Numbered from the stretch's first letter, positions 1-7,030 are shown. The stretch: 11,843 nt of DNA from Octopus sinensis (GCF_006345805.1 NW_021826809.1:1-11843); one strand, 5' to 3'. Notes: generated by a model not told the origin, from the letters alone. Numbers and translations: made by a program.

Positions 1-82
1 CGACTTCGGCGGAGTTTGAACTCAGAACGTAACGACAGATGAAATGCCGCTAAAGCATTTTGCCCAGCGTGCATACGATTCG
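1..82 (-). mobile_element. SINE family A head, running off the left edge of the window
   Basis: Reverse complement reads AATCGTATGCACGCTGGGCAAAATGCTTTAGCGGCATTTCATCTGTCGTTACGTTCTGAGTTCAAACTCCGCCGAAGTCG. This aligns with the family A heads at 3881-3980 and 10693-10790. Confidence 0.85.
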
Positions 83-87
83 TTTCT

Positions 88-458
88 GCTCTAGGGACAA
101 GGCCCGAAATTTGGGGTGGGGGGGAACCACTCGATTAGATCGACCTCAATACGCAACTGGTACTTAATTTACGGACCCCGAAAAGGATGAAAGGCAAAGA
201 AGACCTCGGCGGAATTTGAGCACAGAACGTAACGGCAGACAAAATACCTATTTCTTTGCTACCCACAAGGGGCTAAACACAGAGAGGACAAACAAGGACA
301 GACAAACGGATTAAGTCGATTATATCGACCCCAGTGCGTAACTGGTACTTATCTAATCGACCCCGAAATGATGAAAGGCAAAGTCGACCTCGGCAGAATT
401 TGAACTCAGAACGTTGCGGCGGACGAAATACCGCTAACCATTTCGCCCCGTGTAACAC
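88..458 (-). mobile_element. Dimeric SINE family A copy (MetaSINE-like central domain), extreme 5' end eroded
   Basis: Two tandem GTTCTGAGTTCAAATT-C(C/T)GCCGAGGTCGACTTTGCCTTTCATC units are joined by a ~70-nt linker (247-315). The whole unit is an inverted copy of 3881-4239. The MetaSINE resemblance (GTCGACT..GCCTTTCATCCTTTCGGGGTCGATAAA..AAGTACCAG) is from memory. Confidence 0.85.
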
Positions 459-647
459 TTAATAACATTAAGAAATATTTTTACATCCTATTACTTGTCT
501 CACTCATTTAAGTGTGGTCACGCTGGGGTACTACCTTGATGAATTTTAGTCGATCAAATCGGCCCCAGCGATTACTTTGTATCTGGTAGTCTGGTACTTA
601 TTCTATCCGTCTCTTTTGGCTGAATCCCTAAGTTAGGGAGACATAAA

Positions 648-995
648 AAAGGGTAAAGGGTTAAGACCCCCTTCGGTCATGAGCGACCATGGGACTGTAC
701 TTTGAAAGTTCTCCTCCAAGGCATAAGTGTGAGCAAAGTTATCTATAGAAGACCAGCAGTTGCCCATGCATCCCGGTTCCCCTCTCCACGCCACCGATGT
801 TATCCAAGGGAAAGGCAAAGTACGATGCAGCATGGAACCTGTGACGTCGCGACTAATTTTTACAGCTGAGTGAACTGGAGCAACGGGAAATAAAGTGTCT
901 TGCTCAAGAACATAACACAGCTCGGTCTGGGAATCGAACTCACTACCTCATGATTGTGAGCCCGACACTCTATCCACTGAGCCATGTGTCTTCAC
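648..995 (-). mobile_element. Full-length tRNA-derived SINE family C (CORE-like central segment) with 14-bp target-site duplication
   Basis: A box TGGCTCAGTGG (974-984) and B box GTTCGATTCCC (929-939). The segment TTCTTGAGCAAGACACTTTA..CAGTTCACTCAGCTGTAAAAA (856-910) resembles the MIR/CORE domain. The tail is (TTTACCC)-like. An exact TSD TAGGGAGACATAAA lies at 634-647 and 996-1009. Confidence 0.9.
929..984 (-). promoter_or_regulatory. Internal RNA polymerase III type-2 promoter (A and B boxes) of SINE C
   Basis: TGGCTCAGTGG fits TRGCNNARYGG and GTTCGATTCCC fits GTTCRANNC, with tRNA-like spacing. Confidence 0.75.
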
Positions 996-1055
996 TAGGG
1001 AGACATAAAGAAACCAAAACTGGAGTCAAGAAGTATGAGAGAAACACACACGCTC

Positions 1056-1385
1056 ATATGTGCGTATATGTAGTATGTATGTAGTACGTCTGTAGGTATG
1101 TTTAGGATGTATGTATGATGTATGTATGTATGTAATGTATTATAGTATATATATTATATATATAATATATATTATATAGTTAGATAGATAGATAGAAATA
1201 GATAGAAGCTAGATGATAGATAGATAAAGATATAGGATAGATGGATAGATAGATAGATAAATAGATAGAAGATAGATAGATAATACATAGATATACATCC
1301 TACATATACATACATACATACATACATACATACGTACATATATTATAAATATTTATATACATATACATATACATTGTATGTGAAT
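1056..1385. repeat. Compound microsatellite (TATG)n/(TA)n/(GATA)n/(CATA)n
   Basis: Directly visible degenerate tandem repeats. Confidence 0.95.
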
Positions 1386-1539
1386 ATGTATTTATTCAAT
1401 AACGAATTTAAAACAGCACTAGAGTTGTAAACGTTATCGACCGCACATATTCAATGTATGTGTTTTGTTTATCTGACGGTTTGCTGCGGCATAGCGCTTG
1501 GGGGACGACTCCCTCATAATGCTGGGTGTTAAAACGTCT

Positions 1540-1752
1540 AGAAGTCATAGACACCTACAACTACAGGGATTACTTTTGTAGAAACCCTCCACAGTCTTAA
1601 TATTTCCATAGCCAAGTCCTGGTATTTTCCTAATTTCTTCTGTTCTTTGATCACTACATTCATATCAAGAGACACAGTCGCGTCTATGACAATGCACTCT
1701 TTGGCACCTAGACGAGAATGATATCTGATCGTCTCGCTTGGTTAGTATCTGC
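1540..1752 (-). pseudogene. Degenerate restriction-like endonuclease (RLE) domain of an R4/Dong-type non-LTR retrotransposon
   Basis: Manual minus-strand translation gives QARRSDIILV*VP, a frameshift, then ECIVIDATVSLDMNVVIKEQKKLGKYQDLAMEILRLWRVSTKVIPVVVG (1699-1553). This matches the RRPD..x..IDV.VP.D.N...KE.EK..KY..L..E..RLW......PVV.G pattern of R4/Dong RLE domains. Confidence 0.8.
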
Positions 1753-1820
1753 AGTGGGACTGAACCAGAAACCATATAGTTGATAAGCAAGCTACTTTCC
1801 ACACAGCCACTCCTGCGCCT
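1753..1820 (-). mobile_element. SINE family B 5' head (tRNA-like)
   Basis: Reverse complement AGGCGCAGGAGTGGCTGTGTGGAAAGTAGCTTGCTTATCAACTATATGGTTTCTGGTTCAGTCCCACTGC matches the family B heads at 6151-6215 and 9719-9785. Confidence 0.85.
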
Positions 1821-1834
1821 AAAAAAAATTAATG

Positions 1835-1880
1835 TTCCCATGCCGGTAATCGAACCCGCGCCGCATCCTAACCACTACAT
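1835..1880 (-). pseudogene. tRNA-Glu-like relic lacking most of the anticodon arm, followed by an oligo-T run
   Basis: Reverse complement ATGTAGTGGTTAGGATGCGGCG|CGGGTTCGATTACCGGCATGGGAA has a D-loop (TAGTGGTTAGGAT), T-arm and 3' acceptor strand like eukaryotic tRNA-Glu. A T8 run (1821-1828) lies 6 nt downstream. The 5' acceptor strand is degraded. Confidence 0.6.
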
Positions 1881-1957
1881 ACATTAAAAATTGGCAGCGT
1901 TACAGAGTGACTCAACAGCCGAGTCATTTCTATCGATTTTTAATAGCAAACGTATGT

Positions 1958-2097
1958 GTTTTCCAACCACAGAATTCCAGGTTCAGTCCCACTGTGTGGC
2001 ACCTTACTTTGATGTCTTCTACTATATCCTCGGGCTGACCAAAGCTTTGTGTGTGGATGGAACTGGTAGACGGAAACTGAAAGAAGCGTTGTATATA
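1958..2097 (+). mobile_element. SINE family B, left part (split by the Tc1 element)
   Basis: CCAACCAC..GGTTCAGTCCCACTGTGTGGCACCTT..GACCAAAGCTTTGTGTGTGGAT..GGTAGACGGAAACTGAAAGAAGCGTTGTATATA matches 9750-9890. Confidence 0.85.
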
Positions 2098-2449
2098 CAC
2101 CCAGAACCACACTAATAGCTTAGGAGTGGAATTTAGGATTCCTCGGTTTTCTGCGAATCGATTTTGATAAAACTTTTCCCAGCTGGTTTGCACACTATGA
2201 CAACACAATTGTTGTTTGCGTTATTCTGTGTAACGTCCTTGCTTTTTTTTTTATTTCAGATTCTTCAGTTTTCGGGTGAACCGCGCTAATAGCCTTTGAA
2301 TAAAAATAGCCCATCTAGGCATTTTTTTCTTTTCGGAACATGAAGGGTACTGATACATATTAAGTATACAGTGAGTATATATTTAATAAAAAACCATAAT
2401 AATGTTATAACGTTTATTGGCATAATGAATTATTTAGCCGCATGAGCGC
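2098..2449 (+). repeat. Left terminal inverted repeat (~352 bp) with two direct-repeat motifs
   Basis: Collinear reverse-complement match to 3234-3576 (roughly 80% by eye). DR motif AACC(A/G)C(A/G)CTAATAGC at 2105-2120 and 2279-2294. Confidence 0.92.
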
Positions 2450-2451
2450 CA

Positions 2452-3253
2452 AGGAAGAAACGATCCGATTGTGGGACATCCAAGATTATGATAGCAAGGG
2501 ATTTAAGGAATATTATCTGCAAGTTTCGTGGGAAACCTGGACAAACAAACAAAGCCATTTTCGCCGCCTTCGAACTCCTTCATGTACCGAAAACCAGCAA
2601 AAATCGCATCCTCGGGATTATGACTTCTGTACGAGAACCCCTGAAACTGCTTCATCACAGGAGTTTGAGGCTTCAACGGGCCCAAAAGTACATGACATTA
2701 GACATGAATTGTGTTCTGTTAACTGACAAAACCAGCACGGCCCTTGACAAACCTGACGGCTGGGTCTATTTTAGAGATGAGCGTCACCAAAGTGTATGAC
2801 GTCAACAACAGGGTGGAGGAGTCATGTTGTGGGCTGGTATCATTGACCTGGTTAGAGTGCTGAGGAGGTTAAAATGACCGCAGCCACCTACTGCAATCTC
2901 CTGAAGGCGGTCTTGGATCCCCGGCTAGATGACACACTGCTGTCACTTCTAAGGAATTCTGTATTCATCTATGGCAACGCTCTCTCCCACTCTGCTAGGA
3001 CAAAAGCTTTGTGAGTGGATACAAGGTGAAAGGTTGATAGTGTGACCGCTAGCATCTCTGGATCTCAACCCTATCGAAAATCTTTGATCCATCATTAAAC
3101 AAGATGTTTATGCCGATGGACGCCAATTAACGTCGAAAGATGTCTTATTGGTGACCATCAAAGCTGCAGCAGAGGCAGTCCAGCTTGCTACTGTTAAGAA
3201 ATTAATAGGGTTTTGAAGTTATCCGTCGAAATAGCGCTCATGTGGCTAAATAA
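2452..3253 (+). pseudogene. Tc1-family DDE transposase pseudogene (multiple stops, frameshifts, N-terminus missing)
   Basis: Translated pieces: RKKRSDCGTSKIMIARDLR..VPKTSKNRIL..RLQRAQKYM..VLLTDKTSTALDKPDGW (first D at 2725); *RQQQGGGVMLWAGI; VKMTAATYCNLLK..FIYGNALSHSAR (second D mutated to G, 2973); IQGERLIV*PLASLDLNPIENL*SIIKQDVYADGRQLTSK (E at 3076); VIRRNSAHVAK* (stop 3251-3253). Confidence 0.9.
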
Positions 3254-3576
3254 GTCATTATGTCAATAAATGTTATGATTATTATGGGTTTTCTGTTAAA
3301 TATATAATCAATGTACCATTACCCTCCATTTTTCTGGGAAAAAAAGTGTCTTGATGGGCTATTTTCTTTCAAAAGCTATTAGCGTGGTTCACCCCAAAAC
3401 TGAAGAATCTGAAATAAAACAAAGGAAAAGAAAGGACTGTATACAGAATAATGAAAAGATAACAATGATGTTACCATAATGTGCAAACCAGCGAGGAAAA
3501 GTTTTATCAAATGTGATTCACAGAAAACCGAGAAATCCTAAATTTCACTCCTGAGCTATTAGCGTGGTTTTGGGTG
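3234..3576 (-). repeat. Right terminal inverted repeat (~343 bp)
   Basis: Reverse complement of the left TIR. Identical DR copies AGCTATTAGCGTGGTT at 3374-3389 and 3554-3569. Confidence 0.92.
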
Positions 3577-3765
3577 TATATATCTAGGTGTGTGTGCCTT
3601 TGCCTGTGTGTTTGTCCCACATCAACGCGTGTAACTTAGCGGTTCCGCAAAAGACCGATAGAACCAGGTGTTACAAAATATTAGTACTGGGTTCGATTCG
3701 TTCGATTAATATTCTTCAAAGCAGTGTCCCAGCATGACCGCAATGTAATGACAGAAACAAGAAAA
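3577..3765 (+). mobile_element. SINE family B, right part (continuation after the Tc1 insertion)
   Basis: TATATATC..GTGTGTG..GTGTTTGTCCC..GTAACTTAGCGGTTCCGCAAAAGACCGATAGAA..GTACTGGGTTCGATT..CCCAGCATGACCGCAATGTAATGACAGAAACAAG matches 11130-11320. Confidence 0.85.
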
Positions 3766-3880
3766 AATTTTTTAATTATATACATACATACATACATACA
3801 CACGTTTTTATTAATAATATGTAGGAAGTTGCTCAGCTCTTGAGTCAATCTGTAACTCTTCCCATTATTAATACATACAA

Positions 3881-4239
3881 AAGCAGTGAGCTGGCAGAGT
3901 GGCTAGCACGCCGGATGGAATGCTTAGCGGTATTTCGTCAGCCGTTAGGCTCTGAGTTCAAAATCCGCCGAAGTCGACTTTGCCTTTCATCCTTTAGGGG
4001 TCGATAAATTAGATACCAGTTACGCACTGGGTTCGATGTAATCGACTTAATCCGTTTGTCTGTCCTTGTTTGTCCTCTCTTTGTTTAGCCCCTTGTGGGT
4101 AGTAAAGAAATAGGTATTTCGTCCGCCGCTATGTTCTGAGTTCAATTCCGCCGAGATCGACTTTGCCTTTCACCCTTTCGGGGTCGATGTAATCGACTAG
4201 TCTCCTCCCCTAAATTTCAGGCCTATAGTAGAAAGGATG
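3881..4239 (+). mobile_element. Dimeric SINE family A copy (MetaSINE-like)
   Basis: Head GCAGTGAGCTGGCAGAGTGGCTAGCACGCCGG with B-box-like GAGTTCAAA, then domain GTCGACTTTGCCTTTCATCCTTTAGGGGTCGATAAA, linker 4047-4115, a second monomer lacking the A box (4116-4200) and tail CCCCTAAATTTCAGGCCTATAGTAGAAAGGAT. Confidence 0.88.
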
Positions 4240-4460
4240 ATATATATATATATATATATACCTTATTATCAAAGATGAAAGAACATCATAAAAATATCAG
4301 AAAAAGCTGCTATTCGGAATTTCACGTTCCCGTTCGTCGGACAGTTCTGATTGAGAATGGGACAAGAATTAAGGTTATATGTATAAATGTATTATATAAT
4401 TTACATTGTATCTATGAATGTAAATCTGTTTTCTTACTGTGGTATATATATATGTATTTC

Positions 4461-5225
4461 AATCCCAGAGCCTAAGTCTGTGAGGGACCTGGGTATCGAC
4501 ATGAGTGATAATACCTCTTTCCAAGCGCACATTACCAGGATGGCGACAAAGTGCAGACAACTAGCTGGATGGATTCTAAGAACATTCAGAACCAGAGATA
4601 AGGAAACCATGATGGTCCTCTGGCGGACTTTCGTCCTCAGCTACCTGGATTACTGCTCACAGCTATGGTCATCCACCAGTGTGAAATTAACAGCGGACCT
4701 TGAAGCAATCCAGAGAAGATTCACAAAGAAGATCGTCTCTTTGCAACAGCTCAGCTACTGGGAAAGGTTGAAACAGACTCTCCCTAGTGAGAAGACGGGA
4801 GAGATATGCAGTAATATATATCTGGAAGATCCTGGAAGGAATTGTGCCAAATTTTGGCATTGTAAGCTGCACCAATGCTAGAACGGGACGACACTGCATA
4901 GTGCCAAAGATCCCAGCAATGCCATCCCGTTTCAGGACCAGCTACTGCAACAGCCTGGGTTTCAAGGGCCCACAGCTTTTTAATATTCTCCCAAAGAGTC
5001 TGAGGAACGTGTACAAAGTAGATGTAGCGGTTTTTAAATCAAAGCTGGACCTCTTCCTGTCGAGAGTCCCAGATGAACCTACCTCACGGCAAGAGGTGCA
5101 AATGAGGGTAGCTATATCAAACTCCATTCTTCACCAAGTGCCACATATTAGAGGAGGCTCTTAGTAATAACAGTGTAGCACAAAACGGCGGTGCATCAGC
5201 ATGGCCCAGCTCTGAGCTGAAACTA
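4461..5225 (+). mobile_element. 5'-truncated CR1/L2-group LINE (ORF2 C-terminus plus 3' UTR)
   Basis: VRDLGIDMSD..SFQAHI..GWILRTFRTRD..LDYCSQLWS..LEAIQRRFTK..YWERLK, a frameshift near 4777, then SLVRRRERYAVIYIWKILEGIVPN..GPQLFNILPKSLR..FKSKLDLFLSRVPDEP. These are typical post-RT motifs of CR1/L2-group ORF2. Stop at 5162-5164, then a short structured 3' UTR. Confidence 0.9.
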
Positions 5226-5233
5226 AGGTGGTG

Positions 5234-5275
<42 letters not shown>

Positions 5276-5290
5276 GATATATATATATAA
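5234..5290. repeat. (TA)n microsatellite
   Basis: Directly visible. Confidence 0.95.
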
Positions 5291-5521
5291 ATAAGATAAG
5301 AGAAAAAAATCTATCAGAAAGGAACTCTATCTCTCTTTAAAAAATATCTTTTGATAAGCATAACAATGCGCAACCGGTAAAAAGAACTTTCACCTAATTA
5401 AATACACTCTCCCTTCCTTAAATTGTTTTGTCAGCATTTTCTTCATTTCCTTTTTTTTATATTCACAACTCGTGTTCCCATCTCCTTTTTTAAATATATA
5501 TAATATATATATATAAATATA

Positions 5522-5942
5522 TCTATATATATATATATATATATTATATATTATATATATATATATAATAAATATATATATAACGGCAGTTTGTCTGGGC
5601 GTGTTTCTGTGCGTCTTTTGCTTGTACCCTCACCCTGACCACGGTTTCACCGATTCTGATGAAACTTGACAACACATAGCCCCAATGTCATAATTCAAAA
5701 ACTAACGCAGCGAAATTTGAAAAGTTCCCCCAGATCTGAAAAAATCGATAAGTCGACATGGGGTCGAAGAATCAGAAACACAACCGCAAACTGTCTAGGG
5801 GACGCAACTCCACCTTTTTTTACTCTAAAAAAGTTACCATCATTTTTTTTCCATTTTTGCTATTTTTTGGTCATATGCTTCTAAAAATGCTTTATAGTTA
5901 TTTCCCTTACACGACCTGAGCAACGCCGGGCGATACTGCTAG
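5522..5942 (+). mobile_element. Non-autonomous Helitron-like element
   Basis: The 3' end has a GC-rich hairpin CCTGAGC-AAC-GCCGGG (5915-5930), 8 nt, then CTAG (5939-5942) followed by T. The candidate 5' end A|TCTATATATA is at 5521-5523 (position uncertain within the TA tract). An internal ACCGATTCTGATGAAACT motif, which I recall from invertebrate non-autonomous Helitrons, is present. Confidence 0.7.
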
Positions 5943-6070
5943 TATATATATATATAATATCTATAGATATATATAATATAGATATATATATATCTATATA
6001 TATTATATATTATTATATTATATATATAATATATATATATATATATAGTGATATATATATATACATATAC
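5943..6070. repeat. Degenerate (TA)n microsatellite
   Basis: Directly visible. Confidence 0.95.
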
Positions 6071-6073
6071 AAA

Positions 6074-6145
6074 AAGGCGGCGAGCTGGCCGAATCGTTAG
6101 CGCCCCAAGCGAAATATTTAGCGTATTTCAGTCTATCTCTATGTT
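6074..6145 (+). mobile_element. SINE family A head only
   Basis: AAGGCGGCGAGCTGGCCGAATCGTTAGCGCCCCAAGCGAAATATTTAGCGTATTTCAGTC matches 3881-3940. It directly abuts a family B copy. Confidence 0.8.
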
Positions 6146-6150
6146 TTTTA

Positions 6151-6586
6151 GGATAGGAGTGCTATGTGGTAGTTAGCTAGCTTACCAACCACATGGTTCT
6201 AGGTCATCACACTGCATGGCACCTTGGTCAAGTGTCATCACTAGAGCCTTGGCCAACCAAAGACTTTTGAGTGGATTTGGTAAATGAAACTGAAAGAAGT
6301 CCGTCGTTATATATATATATCTATATGTGTGTGTGTGTGTGTGTGTGGTGTGTGTGTGTGTGTTTGTGTTTGTGTGTTGTGTGTGTGTGATGCTTGTGTG
6401 TCTGTTTTGTCCCCCCCAACATCGCTTGACAACCAATCTCATGTTCTACGTACCCGTTAACTTAGCGTTTAGGCAAAGATAGTGATAGAATAAGTACTAG
6501 GCTACAAAGACTAGTCCTGGGGCGATTTGCTCGACTAAAGGTGTGATCCAGCATGCCACAGTCAAATGACTGAACAAGTAAAAGAG
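6151..6586 (+). mobile_element. Full-length SINE family B with internal (TA)n(TG)n tract
   Basis: Head, GGCACCTTGGTCAAGTGTC segment, GAAACTGAAAGAAGTCCGTCG, microsatellite 6309-6390, body, and tail CCAGCATGCCACAGTCAAATGACTGAACAAGTAAAAGAG. Confidence 0.9.
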
Positions 6587-6634
<48 letters not shown>

Positions 6635-6635
6635 A

Positions 6636-6667
<32 letters not shown>

Positions 6668-6714
6668 TATTAGATAGATAGATGATAGATAGATAGATAG
6701 ATAGATCGATAGAT

Positions 6715-6780
<66 letters not shown>

Positions 6781-6792
6781 GGATTGATAGAT
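6587..6792. repeat. (TA)n followed by (GATA)n microsatellite
   Basis: Directly visible. Confidence 0.95.
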
Positions 6793-6974
6793 GTAGAAGA
6801 GTTACGGAATGGAGTAAGAAAACTCCGGGCTACATATGTTTCATAGCGAGTGGAAGCTCATAAGTTGTGAAATCCAAGTGAGGTTTAATCCTCCGGTCAC
6901 TCCTCAGGTCAAAGATATTGTGATTATATGTGTATATGCTTTGAGTTTTGTTTTCCTGCTTGCATCACCATACT

Positions 6975-7030
6975 TATGTGTGTATGTGTGTGGGAGAGTG
7001 TATGAGTGTGTGTGCACGTGTGTGTGTATG

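Larger units (their letters stand above)
470..1055 (-). mobile_element. SINE family B 3' half, interrupted by a family C SINE
   Basis: Reverse complement of 470-647 gives ..CCCTAACTTAGGGATTCAGCCAAAAGAGACGGATAGAATAAGTACCAG..GGGGCCGATTTGATCGACTAAA..CCCCAGCGTGACCACACTTAAATGAGTGAGACAAGTAA, matching 11178-11325. The segment 996-1055 continues the same consensus upstream. Confidence 0.8.
2098..3576 (+). mobile_element. Tc1/mariner DNA transposon (TRT/DD37E-like), non-autonomous, 1479 bp, TA target duplication
   Basis: Termini CACCC..GGGTG are flanked by TA (2096-2097, 3577-3578). Long TIRs lie at 2098-2449 and 3234-3576, with internal degenerate transposase motifs between them. Confidence 0.92.

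Noticed and set aside
1908-1926. AP-1-like TGACTCA site with a nearby inverted half-site
   Set aside because: A 7-mer is expected by chance and there is no supporting regulatory context.
3000-3020. ACAAAAGCTTTGTGAGTGGAT inside the transposase resembles SINE B sequence (2039-2058)
   Set aside because: It falls where the TKAF..S.GI coding segment is expected and can be explained by small deletions. A 20-nt similarity is too short to claim gene conversion.
3809-3873. Small imperfect inverted repeat (TATTAATAAT..GGAAG / CTTCC..ATTATTAATA)
   Set aside because: The perfect part is only 10 bp of AT-only sequence, which is insufficient to call a MITE.
88-4239. Inverted SINE A dimers as the ends of a composite transposon
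   Set aside because: The copies are diverged, have retroposon structure and show no shared flanking TSD. Independent insertions are the simpler explanation.
4387-4460. N-terminal part of the 164-aa ORF 4387-4881 as a gene start
   Set aside because: It is AT-rich flank fortuitously in frame with the truncated LINE. Similarity begins only at about 4461.
6845-6895. Weak A/B-box-like motifs (GCGAGTGG..GAGGTTTAATCC)
   Set aside because: Too degenerate, with no match to the SINE families in the window.
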